Notes: generated by a model from the sequence alone, not told the origin. DNA of 64,000 nt from Candidatus Woesebacteria bacterium (GCA_013374855.1 CP055308.1:401833-465832); one strand, 5' to 3'. Counted from the stretch's first letter, positions 19,777 through 29,638 are shown. A program made the numbers and translations.

Positions 19777-20859
19777 ATGGCAAAGAAGAAAAAAGAATTA
19801 AAAGAGCTTCAGTTTCAGGAAAGTTCTTCAGCTAAGCTTCAAGCAATAAGAATGGCTATGGAGCAGATTGAAAAGCAGTATGGTAAGGGTTCTATTATGC
19901 GGCTTGGCGAGCGAACAGAAGAGCAGAGAAAAGTTGAGGTTATTCCAACGGGCTCTATTGCTTTGGATATAGCTTTGGGTGTCGGGGGTTTCCCCAGAGG
20001 AAGAATTATTGAGATTTACGGTCCTGAAGCATCGGGCAAAACTACCCTTGCTTTGTCTGTTATTGCTGAAGCGCAAAAAAGAGGCGGGCAGTGCGCGTTT
20101 GTTGATGCTGAGCATGCTTTGGATCCAGAGCGTGCTGAGACGTTGGGGGTTAATCTTGATGACCTGCTTTTATCCCAGCCGGATACTGGAGAACAAGCGC
20201 TTGAGATAACCGAGACCTTGGTAAGATCCGGCGCTTTAGATGTTATTGTTGTTGATTCGGTTGCCGCTCTTGTTCCAAGAGCTGAGCTTGAAGGTGAAAT
20301 GGGAGATGCTGTTGTTGGTTTGCAGGCGCGTCTTATGAGTCAAGCCTTAAGAAAGCTTACAGGTGCAATTTCAAAGTCAAAAACGATTCTTATTTTTACT
20401 AATCAGTTAAGGCAAAAGATTGGCGTAATGTTTGGAAATCCTGAGACAACGCCGGGCGGGCTTGCTCTTAAATTTTATGCCTCAGTCAGGATTGACTTAA
20501 GAAGAATTGAGGTGCTGAAAGATGGGGAGCAGGTTATTGGTTCGCGCCATAGAGCAAGGATTGTTAAAAATAAGGTGGCGCCTCCTTTGAGAGTAGCTGA
20601 GTTTGATATTACCAACAAAGAAGGTATTTCAAAAGCAGGCGGGCTTCTGGATGTTGCGGTTGACTTGGGGATAATGGAAAAGAAGGGCTCGTTTTTCAAC
20701 TATGAAGGAAAGCCTATTGCCCAAGGAAGGGAGGCGGCCAAAGCCTTTATTGCGGAAAACGATAAACTCTCAGCAGAAATAGAGAAAAAAATTAGAGAGA
20801 AATTGGACTCTGGCGAGAGTGTCCCAAAAGAAATAGGAGAAGTATCAGATGCTGAGTAG
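19777..20859 (+). CDS. recA: recombinase RecA
   Basis: [45 protein letters not shown]. Confidence 0.99.
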   Translation: MAKKKKELKELQFQESSSAKLQAIRMAMEQIEKQYGKGSIMRLGERTEEQRKVEVIPTGSIALDIALGVGGFPRGRIIEIYGPEASGKTTLALSVIAEAQKRGGQCAFVDAEHALDPERAETLGVNLDDLLLSQPDTGEQALEITETLVRSGALDVIVVDSVAALVPRAELEGEMGDAVVGLQARLMSQALRKLTGAISKSKTILIFTNQLRQKIGVMFGNPETTPGGLALKFYASVRIDLRRIEVLKDGEQVIGSRHRARIVKNKVAPPLRVAEFDITNKEGISKAGGLLDVAVDLGIMEKKGSFFNYEGKPIAQGREAAKAFIAENDKLSAEIEKKIREKLDSGESVPKEIGEVSDAE

Positions 20860-20871
20860 ATTAGGCTTTAT

Positions 20872-21489
20872 ATGCCCTTGATTACTTCAATCAGGCTTCA
20901 GAAAGACAAAAAAAGAGCCAATGTTTATATTGACGGAAAGTTTGCTTTTTCTATTGATAACTTTAATCTTTTGAAGTTTGGTTTGAAGGAAGGGAAAGAA
21001 ATTTCAAAAGAGAGGGTTCTTGAGGTAATTAGGAAGGCAGAGGGTGAGAAAATTTGGGAAAAACTTTTAAAGTTTGTCTCTTTTCGCCAGCGAACAGAAA
21101 AGGAAATAAAAGATTGGTTTAAAAAAAAGAAATTGCCGGATGTTTTTTGTGAAAGATATCTCAATAAGCTTAAAAAGCTGGGTTTGGTGGACGATAAGCG
21201 TTTTGCCTATTCTTTTATCCAAGACAGGCTTTCTTTTCGTCCGAAGCCTAAAAAAGTCTTAAGTTTGGAGCTTTTGGAAAAGGGTATTCCAAGAGAAATT
21301 GTAGAAGAAGTCTTGGAAAGCTTTGATATTGATGAGGAATCTCAGGCTAAAAAACTTCTTGCCAAATACAAGAATAGATGGAAGGGGTTGGATGCAAATT
21401 TGGCGCGGCAAAAGGAGGCGCGGTTTCTTTTAGGAAAAGGCTACAGCTTTGAGATTGTCAAAAGAATAGTATTTGACGAGGAGGGGTAA
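20872..21489 (+). CDS. recX: regulatory protein RecX
   Basis: Follows recA; R.RTEKE, L...G.VDD..FA, L..KG, FL..KGY. Confidence 0.88.
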   Translation: MPLITSIRLQKDKKRANVYIDGKFAFSIDNFNLLKFGLKEGKEISKERVLEVIRKAEGEKIWEKLLKFVSFRQRTEKEIKDWFKKKKLPDVFCERYLNKLKKLGLVDDKRFAYSFIQDRLSFRPKPKKVLSLELLEKGIPREIVEEVLESFDIDEESQAKKLLAKYKNRWKGLDANLARQKEARFLLGKGYSFEIVKRIVFDEEG

Positions 21490-21591
21490 AAAGAGATAAA
21501 ATAGAAAAAGGAGAAAGTTATGGCGAAAGTAAGAATGTATTTTTCTTTGGCTTCTTAAGCTAGAATTTAGCCTCTTTCTCTTTTTTTGGGT

Positions 21592-22839
21592 ATGACAAGC
21601 AAAGACGACATATCTGTTTTAATTGAAGAAATCAAAAAGGAGCGGCTTGCTTTGGAGAAGAAAAAGGCAGAGGTTGAAAAAATGGAAGAGCAGATAAAAG
21701 AGCTTCTTTCCAAGACAGCCAAGATGACGGTTGAGGAGGCAAAAAAAGCTCTTCTTGAACAGGTTGCTAAAGAATTAAACAGCGAAGTAGCCAAAAGAGT
21801 ACGGCAGGCAGAAGAAAGGATAAAGCTTGAAGCGGAGGAAAAAGCAAGGGAAATTTTGGTTGATGCGATGCGGCATGGTGCCACAAATTACACAGCGGAG
21901 TACACAATATCCACAGTTGTTGTGCCAAATGAGGAAATAAAGGGAAGGATAATTGGCGCGGGAGGAAGAAATATCAGGGTATTTGAGAAGGAAACAGGTT
22001 GTGAGCTTGAGATGGACGAGACAAATATTATTCGTATATCTTCTTTTGATTCAATAAGAAGAGAGGTGGCTCGCCGTTCTCTTGAAATTTTGATAAAAGA
22101 TACAAGAATCCAGCCATCAAGGATTGAGGAGGTTGTAAGGCAGGTAAGAAGCGGTATGGAGGAGATTTTACTTGAGGAGGGAAGATTGATAGCAGAAACT
22201 TGCGGCGTTTATAATTTGCCGACGGATATTATAAAGCTTTTAGGAAGATATAAGTTTAGGACTTCCTATGGGCAAAATCTTGGGCTTCACACAATAGAGG
22301 AGACAAAAATTGGTGTATCGATTGCAAATGAGATAGGCGCTAATGTGGAAGTTGTTCGCATGGGGTGTTTGCTGCATGATATTGGCAAAGTTGTGACAGA
22401 AGAGGAGGGAAATCATGTAGATGTTGGTGTTTCGGTTTTGAAAAAGTATGGTTTTCCCAAGGAGGTTGTTAATGCCGTTGCTGAGCATCATGAAGACAAA
22501 CCCTTTTCTTCTGTGGAAAGTGTGATAGTTTGGATTGCAGATGCGATATCAGGTTCGCGTCCTGGTGCAAGGTATGAACCCCATGAGGAATATGTCAAAA
22601 GAATGGAGAAAATAGAGGAGATAGCTAAACGCTTTGAGGGAGTTGCCGAGGCTTATGCATTTCAGGCAGGGCGGGATTTGCGAGTTATTGTATCTCCGGA
22701 TGAGGTTGATGATGATAGGTTAACTATTCTTTCAAGAGAAATTGCGAAAAGCCTAGAGAAAGAAGCAGAATACGCAGGACAAATAAAAGTGACAGTAATT
22801 CGTGAGGTCAGGGCTACAAGCACCACTTCTGCAAAGTAA
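21592..22839 (+). CDS. rny: ribonuclease Y
   Basis: KH KGRIIG..GRNIR, RTSYGQN...H, HD motif LLHDIGK, DAISG.RPGAR. Confidence 0.95.
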   Translation: MTSKDDISVLIEEIKKERLALEKKKAEVEKMEEQIKELLSKTAKMTVEEAKKALLEQVAKELNSEVAKRVRQAEERIKLEAEEKAREILVDAMRHGATNYTAEYTISTVVVPNEEIKGRIIGAGGRNIRVFEKETGCELEMDETNIIRISSFDSIRREVARRSLEILIKDTRIQPSRIEEVVRQVRSGMEEILLEEGRLIAETCGVYNLPTDIIKLLGRYKFRTSYGQNLGLHTIEETKIGVSIANEIGANVEVVRMGCLLHDIGKVVTEEEGNHVDVGVSVLKKYGFPKEVVNAVAEHHEDKPFSSVESVIVWIADAISGSRPGARYEPHEEYVKRMEKIEEIAKRFEGVAEAYAFQAGRDLRVIVSPDEVDDDRLTILSREIAKSLEKEAEYAGQIKVTVIREVRATSTTSAK

Positions 22840-22843
22840 TTCT

Positions 22844-22952
22844 ATCCTTACCGGGTTTGGTACAGGTTTGCTTACCTGGAATATTTATCTTTTTAGAATT
22901 GCGAGGCTTTAAAAAACCTTGTTTGCAAAGCTAGACCAAACCGGGTGAGGAT
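22844..22952. repeat. ~110-bp element with terminal inverted repeats, copy 1
   Basis: atccttaccgggtttggt ... accaaaccgggtgaggat (16/18 IR); 94/107 ungapped identity to copy 3 by manual alignment. Confidence 0.9.
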
Positions 22953-23016
22953 TTGTGAGGATTTCAAGGCCATTTCTCCTCAGTGTGGTAATTATGTCAC
23001 CCGGTTTTATTCTCAT

Positions 23017-23041
23017 CAACATAGTCTAACTGACTATGTTG
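23017..23041. repeat. perfect 10-bp stem / 5-nt loop palindrome upstream of the dockerin gene
   Basis: caacatagtc-taact-gactatgttg. Confidence 0.75.
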
Positions 23042-23095
23042 CAAATGTGATGTCAGAATACGCTGGGGTTGTTCTCTTAATGTAATTTTGTCATA

Positions 23096-25102
23096 ATGGT
23101 GCAGGATATGTCTGACAATAGGCCTCTGAATGGGAAATTTGCCGTTCTTGTTTTGCTTTTCTGCTTTTTAAATTTTTCTTTTCCTAGTGGAGTAAAGGCG
23201 CAATACGATTCTACAGACTATCTTATTAATTTGATTGACAGTGCGAAGGATTACTGGTTAGGGCAACAGCAACCGTCGGGGAATTTCTATGATGAAGTTG
23301 ATAAAAAGCTTTCCCCAGATGATCACTATGGCCATACTCACCTTGGGGCAGTATTTATATGGATGGGAGTGAGGGAGGGTAATAGTGATCTAGTAGACAG
23401 GGGTGTGAAGGCAATAGAATATTATTTGGCTACGCCCAATAAAGGACACCAACCCTTTAATCAATTGGCCATCTCTTGGGCGTATAGCCTTATTGCTAAC
23501 AACAATAAATATAAATTTAACAAAAACACTTGGGAAAGTTACTTGAAGAATTCTTCTGTGATGAGTAAACAAGAAGGATGCAAAAAGTATACCAATAATT
23601 GGAATCTTGTAGAAGCAGTCGCTGGAAAGCAGATAACAATGACAGGTCTTAATTATGATAAAGTCTGGGACAGATGTGATAGTTTTATGGTTGATGTTGT
23701 CCCTGGCACTTTGACCAAAGATGGTTTGGGCGGAGATCCTGGCACATGGCCACTCTCTTATCATGCTTTTTCTACAGCGCTTGTTGCTCGTTACCTTCGC
23801 TTGGTTGCCCAGAAGGGCGATGGTGATTATTCTCGAATTAAAGATTATTTCTTAAGAATGGTCGATACTCAGCTGAATCTAATGGCTCCAGACGGAGACT
23901 TTGCCTTTTTTGGTAGGAGCAGTGAGCAAAGTTTTGTTCTTATGTCAATGGCCTATTCATTTGAGATCGCTTCTACATTAGGAACTGACAAAGCTGGGCA
24001 GTATAAAAAGGCTGCTTATTTGGTAATTGAACGTTTCAAGAGGTATCATGGTCTGAATGAACGTGGTTTTGTGAATATAGTTCCTAAGATGAGGTATAAG
24101 GGTGAGTTAAATAGAGATGGCTTGGATAGTTATGCTCACCTGAGTGTTTATAATGGACTTACCTTGTTATTGGCTGCTTGGACTTACGAGGTCTCGGTAA
24201 ACACAAAGGGTATCTCCTTTCGGGACATACCTTCAGAAAGTAACTTCTTCTACCTGGAAGAAAGCGGACCAGGATTTGCGGTACTGAGATACGGTAACCT
24301 CTGGTTTTTGGTGTCAGGTAGTAGTTATAATTACTATAACAGGGATGTGAGATACGATTTTGGTCTAATTAGGGCCAAAAAGAAGGTTGGTACTGTTTGG
24401 TTGGATATTTTGCCAGTGCGACCCCTTATATTGGCTGACAAAGATGACCCCAATCGTAGTTATAAGTATTCCCTCGCTCCTAGGGGTTTTTATAATGGGG
24501 GCCCATTTGTACTAGTTGGCAATAAATTGAAAATTGTTAGCCCTGGTGCGGTTGAAGTGGTTGCGAACCTTGTTGACAGGAACACGTTCAGGGATACAGG
24601 GATGACGGTTTCTGTCGTTTATATTACAGATGGAGACACGATAGAGATGAGAGTTTCTCGATTTCCTGATATGGTTAGGAATTATTATGTGAGCTTTCTT
24701 TTTAGAGAGAAACCCATCCGTAAGAGGGATGGATATGGGAATGTGGTACTTACGGATGGTAAGGTGGCAATTTCGTTGAGTGAAAATCTAGTCTTGGATT
24801 ATCTCACAAATTCAGATATACAATCTTTTAGTAATAGCGAAAGCGGTACTATCTTTTGGGATAGATTTGAGCTACCGAATCCCAATAAGGATGTTATTGT
24901 TAGGGTTTCGTTTGAGGCGCCTCTTTCTGATTTAAACAGCGATGGTAAAGTAGATATCTTTGACTACAACATACTAATCTCAAACTTTGGAAAAACAGGC
25001 TCTCCTGGATGGATACCAGCAGATATTAACAAAGATGGCAAAGTGGATATATTTGACTATAGCGTTCTTGTAGAAGGGTTTGGAAGAGATATTGTTTATT
25101 GA
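23096..25102 (+). CDS. secreted protein with C-terminal dockerin type I domain; probable alpha/alpha-toroid carbohydrate-active N-terminal region
   Basis: Signal peptide ending VKA/Q; DLNSDGKVDIFDY...DINKDGKVDIFDY duplicated Ca-binding repeats; the toroid assignment is inferred. Confidence 0.75.
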   Translation: MVQDMSDNRPLNGKFAVLVLLFCFLNFSFPSGVKAQYDSTDYLINLIDSAKDYWLGQQQPSGNFYDEVDKKLSPDDHYGHTHLGAVFIWMGVREGNSDLVDRGVKAIEYYLATPNKGHQPFNQLAISWAYSLIANNNKYKFNKNTWESYLKNSSVMSKQEGCKKYTNNWNLVEAVAGKQITMTGLNYDKVWDRCDSFMVDVVPGTLTKDGLGGDPGTWPLSYHAFSTALVARYLRLVAQKGDGDYSRIKDYFLRMVDTQLNLMAPDGDFAFFGRSSEQSFVLMSMAYSFEIASTLGTDKAGQYKKAAYLVIERFKRYHGLNERGFVNIVPKMRYKGELNRDGLDSYAHLSVYNGLTLLLAAWTYEVSVNTKGISFRDIPSESNFFYLEESGPGFAVLRYGNLWFLVSGSSYNYYNRDVRYDFGLIRAKKKVGTVWLDILPVRPLILADKDDPNRSYKYSLAPRGFYNGGPFVLVGNKLKIVSPGAVEVVANLVDRNTFRDTGMTVSVVYITDGDTIEMRVSRFPDMVRNYYVSFLFREKPIRKRDGYGNVVLTDGKVAISLSENLVLDYLTNSDIQSFSNSESGTIFWDRFELPNPNKDVIVRVSFEAPLSDLNSDGKVDIFDYNILISNFGKTGSPGWIPADINKDGKVDIFDYSVLVEGFGRDIVY

Positions 25103-25121
25103 GGAGTAGTTTTCTTGTCAG

Positions 25122-25187
25122 ATTAATCTTAGAATTACGAGGCTTTTAGAAACATTATTTTGCAAGGTTGGGAAGGGTTAAGGATTT
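25122..25187. repeat. degenerate right-half copy (copy 2) of the ~110-bp element
   Basis: attaatctt-agaattacgaggctttt-agaaacattattttgcaagg...gggttaaggattt aligns with the right halves of copies 1 and 3. Confidence 0.7.
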
Positions 25188-25230
25188 ATGCTCTTCTTTC
25201 CTCTGATCTGTGATAAAATCAGAATTGATT

Positions 25231-26538
25231 ATGTCTGGTCGAAGTTCTGAAAAACTTCCCTATTCCCTTTTTGAATTTCCTAATGGTTTGCAAGTAGTTT
25301 TTTGGCCTCTTTCTGGAGTTGAGGTTGTTTGTTTTGGTGTTAGAGTAAGGGCCGGTGGTTGGTGCGAGACTAATCTTAAAAGAGGAATTTTCCACTTTCT
25401 TGAACATGCTCTTGTTCAGGGCACAAAAAATTTTCCTTCTTTTAGGAAACTTTCGCAGAGACAAGAAGATCTTGGTTTGAGGACAGATAATGGTGTTTCT
25501 GGCGATTTTTCTTTTTACCAATGGTCCATTCCTAAAGAAAATTTTTCAAAAGGCTTGGAGCTTTTGGCTGAATATATCTTTGACCCCCTTTTCCCTCAAG
25601 ATGGGATTGAAAGGGAAAGGGAGATTATTCTTCAAGAATATCAAGATTATTGGGATTCGCCTTACCATCGGTTTGTAAAAGCTTTGTCCGAGAGTTTCTG
25701 GGGGAAAGATCATCCTTACACTCTAGACGCTTTAGGAACAAGAGAGGGAATTACAACCATTAACAGAGATGACATTATCAAAGTTCACCGGAAATGGTAC
25801 AAACCTCGGAATATGGTCTTGGTGGTGGTAGGAGATCTAAAAGAGAAAGAAGTCGAGGAGGTAGTGGGCAAATTTTTTGGCGCTAAGCCGTCGACTTCTT
25901 TCTTAGCTCCGTTGTCCTTTAGCAAACCCAAGTTCCAAAAGAATTACCTCTTGTGGTCAGAGAATTTTAAACAAGTGTCGTTTTGTCTTGCTTTCCCTAC
26001 TTTTGGGTATAAGGAAAGAGTAAAAAAAGAACAGCTTGCTTTGAGCATGCTTTCTTACATTTTGATAGATTCCCGTTGGTCAAGGCTAAGTATAAGGCTC
26101 AGAGAAAAAGAACCTCTTGCGTATTCTTTGTGGGGGGCATCTAGTCTTTATCCTCAAGGTGGTTTCCTTGATATTAACGCCTCTTTCTCTCCGGAGAATA
26201 CGGAAAAGATTTTAAAGGTTGTTTATGAAGAAGTAGAAAACATCAAAATGAAGGGAATAGAAAATGATGAATTTGAGAGAGCCAGGAAATATTTTTGCTA
26301 CGAATCATTAATGGGTTTTGATACTGTGTATAGTATTGCTATAAATCTAATTAGTTATCTTTTTCGTGAGGGGAAAGTCTTTCTTCCTCAAGATAGGATA
26401 AGAGAAATAAATAAGCTTAAAAAAAGCGATGTAGAAAGAATGGCAAGAGAAATTCTTGTCTACGAGAAATCTACTGCTGCGATTATGGCCAAAAAAGATC
26501 TTCTGGAGGAGCTCCAACTAATCAGGCTGCCTTGGTGA
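25231..26538 (+). CDS. M16 family (pitrilysin-like) zinc peptidase
   Basis: GIFHFLEH inverted zincin HxxEH, Y.P.NM.LVVVGD, SRL...LRE...LAY. Confidence 0.92.
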   Translation: MSGRSSEKLPYSLFEFPNGLQVVFWPLSGVEVVCFGVRVRAGGWCETNLKRGIFHFLEHALVQGTKNFPSFRKLSQRQEDLGLRTDNGVSGDFSFYQWSIPKENFSKGLELLAEYIFDPLFPQDGIEREREIILQEYQDYWDSPYHRFVKALSESFWGKDHPYTLDALGTREGITTINRDDIIKVHRKWYKPRNMVLVVVGDLKEKEVEEVVGKFFGAKPSTSFLAPLSFSKPKFQKNYLLWSENFKQVSFCLAFPTFGYKERVKKEQLALSMLSYILIDSRWSRLSIRLREKEPLAYSLWGASSLYPQGGFLDINASFSPENTEKILKVVYEEVENIKMKGIENDEFERARKYFCYESLMGFDTVYSIAINLISYLFREGKVFLPQDRIREINKLKKSDVERMAREILVYEKSTAAIMAKKDLLEELQLIRLPW

Positions 26539-26564
26539 AATTAAGCCATCCTTACAATTTTTTC

Positions 26565-26677
26565 CTTTCCTTATCAGGTCTGGTATAGGTTTATCTACCT
26601 GGAATATTAATCTTTTTAAAATTGCAAGGCTTTAAAAAACCTTGTTTGCAAAGCCAAACCAAACCGGGTAAGGAAAG
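26565..26677. repeat. ~110-bp element with terminal inverted repeats, copy 3
   Basis: ctttccttatcaggtctggt ... accaaaccgggtaaggaaag (17/20 IR). Confidence 0.9.
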
Positions 26678-26756
26678 TATTGTTTATTAACCATTAATCA
26701 TTAATTTATTACCCCATTTCTTGACTTTTAACCCTTTTCGTAATAGTATAGCCTTA

Positions 26757-27032
26757 ATGACAAAGAAACAGCTTGTTTATTTGGTTGCAAGGAAAGCGCA
26801 TCTTACTAAAAAGGCGGCATCTGAGGCAGTAGAAGTTTTTCTTTCGGAGATAGGCAGGGTATTGGCAAAAGGTGAAAAGGTTGTTCTTTCTGGTTTTGGT
26901 ACTTTTCGAGTTTCTCCAAGAAAAGGCAAAATGGTGAAAATTCCCAATTCTGATAAGCTCGTTCGCGTTAAGCCTTACAGGCTCCCTAAGTTTACTCCCG
27001 GTAAAACATTAAAGCATCAAGTCTCGCGTTGA
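26757..27032 (+). CDS. hup: HU/IHF family DNA-binding protein
   Basis: MTKKQLV, GEKV.LSGFGTF, P.F.PGK.LK; TTGACT-17-TAGTAT promoter directly upstream. Confidence 0.92.
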   Translation: MTKKQLVYLVARKAHLTKKAASEAVEVFLSEIGRVLAKGEKVVLSGFGTFRVSPRKGKMVKIPNSDKLVRVKPYRLPKFTPGKTLKHQVSR

Positions 27033-27061
27033 TACTCGCTTCTTTGTAGTATACTAGGTTT

Positions 27062-28054
27062 ATGGAGAGGGTTATTTTGATTGATAAACTAGTTAAGGAA
27101 TTTGTTGTTAACACAAAAGAGCCAGGATTTTTTGCAGGTATAAGATCTGTCTTTAGACCTAAAAAGAAGCGGGTCTTGGCCTTGGACAACATTTCTTTTT
27201 CGGTAGATGAAGGAGAGCTTGTTGGTTTTATTGGCCCAAATGGTGCCGGGAAAACTACCACCCTTAAAATTCTTTCTGGACTTTTGTATCCCACCTCGGG
27301 ACTAGTGCAGGTTTTGGGGTTTGATCCATGGGAGAAAAATCATAAATACTTAAAAAATATAAGTCTTGTTATGGGTCAGAAGAATCAGCTCTGGTGGGAC
27401 TTGCCGGCTGTTGAGACATTTGAGCTAAATAGGGCGATTTACGAAATTCCCAACCGTGATTATAAAAGAAGTTTAGATGAGCTTGTCTCTTTGCTTGAAG
27501 TAGGTGGTCTCCTTAATGTTCCTGTAAGAAGATTATCGTTGGGACAGCGTATGCGTCTTGAACTTGTCGCGTCACTTCTACACCGCCCCCGCGTTCTGTT
27601 CTTGGATGAGCCGACTATTGGGCTTGATGTTTTAGGACAAACAAAAATAAGAGAATTTTTGGTGGATTACAACAGAAGGAGCGGAGCAACAATGATTCTT
27701 ACTTCGCACAATATGGATGATATTCTTAATGTTGTTAAAAGAGTTATTGTTATAAATAAAGGGAGACTGGTGTTTGATGGGCCATTTCATCTTTTGGTAG
27801 AGTCTTTTGCAAGGAAGAAAGTTGTTAAGATTTATCTTAGCGACAGTGCGGATATTAAAAAGTTTGAACAATATGGAAAAGTAGTTAAGGTTGATTTTCC
27901 GGAAGTGGTAATTTCTGTCCCAAGAGAGACTGTCGCTTTGACTTCAGCAGAAATTCTGCAAAATTTTCCGGTGGCTGATATTAACATTGAAGAAGAACCA
28001 CTTGAGGAGGTAATAAAAAAGGTCTTTAAGGGAGGGAAAGTCAAAGATGCATAA
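27062..28054 (+). CDS. ABC transporter ATP-binding protein
   Basis: GPNGAGKTT, LSLGQRMR, FLDEPT, SH. Confidence 0.95.
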   Translation: MERVILIDKLVKEFVVNTKEPGFFAGIRSVFRPKKKRVLALDNISFSVDEGELVGFIGPNGAGKTTTLKILSGLLYPTSGLVQVLGFDPWEKNHKYLKNISLVMGQKNQLWWDLPAVETFELNRAIYEIPNRDYKRSLDELVSLLEVGGLLNVPVRRLSLGQRMRLELVASLLHRPRVLFLDEPTIGLDVLGQTKIREFLVDYNRRSGATMILTSHNMDDILNVVKRVIVINKGRLVFDGPFHLLVESFARKKVVKIYLSDSADIKKFEQYGKVVKVDFPEVVISVPRETVALTSAEILQNFPVADINIEEEPLEEVIKKVFKGGKVKDA

Positions 28055-28850
28055 ATATTTCCAGGTTTTCAAGCTGTCTTTGATATCAGAATTTGCCTAC
28101 CGTTTTAATTTTATTTTGTGGAGATTCAGAAATGTTATTCAAATTCTTGTTGTCTTTTTCTTTTGGAACAGTGTCTTTAGTGGGCAAAACGAAGCAGTGT
28201 TTGGCTACAACAGAGAAAAGATCTTAACTTATGTTTTTGGAATTCTTGTCCTTCGCTCAATTGTTCTTTCCTCGCGAGCTGTGGATGTTGCAGGTGAAAT
28301 ATCAAGTGGTAACCTAACCAACTTTCTAATTAAGCCACTGGGTTATTTTAGGTATTGGTTTACAAGAGATGTTGCAAGTAAAGTCCTAAATTTAGGATTT
28401 TCGGTCCTCGAGATCGCACTTCTCTATTTCTTAATCAAACCGCCGATTTATGTTCAATCTGATTTCTTGACGATTGTTGGCTTTTTAATATCTTTATCTA
28501 TTGCAGTCGTTTTGTTTTTTCTTGTCTTGTTTCTTGTTAACAGTGTTTCTTTTTGGATGCCTGAGAATGCTTGGGCGGCTCAATTTTTGTTTATAGTGAT
28601 AATATTGGAGTTTTTCTCGGGAGGCATTTTCCCTTTAGATGTTCTACCTTCCTCTCTTGTTTCTTTATTTTCCTATCTGCCTTTTTATTATCTTTTGTTT
28701 TTTCCTTTACAGGTTTATCTTGGAAAAGTTAGTTATATTTTGATGTTTAAGGGTATTTTTATTTCTTTGCTTTGGTTATTAATTCTCTGGTTTTGCCTTT
28801 CGAAAGTCTGGAAGATGGGAGTGAGGGAATATAGTGCAGAAGGAAGATGA
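28047..28850 (+). CDS. ABC-2 family permease
   Basis: About 6 TM segments; I..G.L...L.KP, FP motif; coupled to the ATPase. Confidence 0.85.
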   Translation: MHKYFQVFKLSLISEFAYRFNFILWRFRNVIQILVVFFFWNSVFSGQNEAVFGYNREKILTYVFGILVLRSIVLSSRAVDVAGEISSGNLTNFLIKPLGYFRYWFTRDVASKVLNLGFSVLEIALLYFLIKPPIYVQSDFLTIVGFLISLSIAVVLFFLVLFLVNSVSFWMPENAWAAQFLFIVIILEFFSGGIFPLDVLPSSLVSLFSYLPFYYLLFFPLQVYLGKVSYILMFKGIFISLLWLLILWFCLSKVWKMGVREYSAEGR

Positions 28851-29638
28851 TTAAGAGAATTAAAAGATGTTTTAGAATTTGGCTTATATTAGGGAAGATG
28901 TCGCTTTCCTTGCATCTTATGAGGAGATTTGGTTTTGTGGTTTTCTTTTTAGGCAAGATGTTTAGGTTTTTCTTTTTTGTCTTGTTCTTGTTTTTTATCT
29001 TCAAAAGAACAGGAGGTGTTGCTTCTTATTCTGCTAGTCAGGCAATATTTTTCTTTGTAGTCTTTCATTTTATAAGTAGCCTTTCTCAGATGTTTTTCCG
29101 TGGCATCTACACATTTCGTCAGCAGGTTGTTTCTGGCGGTTTTGATCTGATTTTAAGCAAGCCTTTAAGTGCTCTTTTTAGGGTAGTCTTTGGAAGTTTT
29201 GATTTTATAGATTTAGTTACTTTACCATTTTTTGTTTTTGCGCTTTATTCCAGTGGCAGTCTTCTTTCTCCTTCTCTTTTGGATATCACCTTTTTTCTGG
29301 CCCTTTTGATAAATAGCCTGGTTCTCTCTTTTTCTTTTAGTGTTCTAGTTGTTTCTTTGAGCCTTATTACATTAGAGGTAGACCATATTGTTATGATCTA
29401 TAGGGATTTGGAGACAATGGCCCGTTTCCCAGTTGATATTTATGGCAAGGGGATTGGAACAATTTTGACTTATGTCATTCCCCTTGGAATTATGATTACT
29501 TTTCCAGCTAAGGCTTTTATGGGTATTTTAGATATAAAGTTTGTTGTTTTATCCTTCGTCTTTGGTTTGTCATCTTTATTTTTATCCTTGAAGTTTTGGC
29601 GTTTCGCTCTGAAAAAATATGCCAGCGCCTCAAGTTAA
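28847..29638 (+). CDS. ABC-2 family permease
   Basis: G.FD..L.KP, ARFP..IY, C-terminal KKY.SASS. Confidence 0.85.
   Translation: MIKRIKRCFRIWLILGKMSLSLHLMRRFGFVVFFLGKMFRFFFFVLFLFFIFKRTGGVASYSASQAIFFFVVFHFISSLSQMFFRGIYTFRQQVVSGGFDLILSKPLSALFRVVFGSFDFIDLVTLPFFVFALYSSGSLLSPSLLDITFFLALLINSLVLSFSFSVLVVSLSLITLEVDHIVMIYRDLETMARFPVDIYGKGIGTILTYVIPLGIMITFPAKAFMGILDIKFVVLSFVFGLSSLFLSLKFWRFALKKYASASS

Noticed and set aside
22844-26677. CRISPR array or classical integron attC interpretation of the repeats
   Set aside because: Units are about 110 bp separated by whole genes, no cas or intI gene is present, and there are no RYYYAAC/GTTRRRY ends.
26686-26708. 7-mer iteration attaacc-attaatc-attaatt after repeat copy 3
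   Set aside because: Three imperfect AT-rich units, too weak to call alone.
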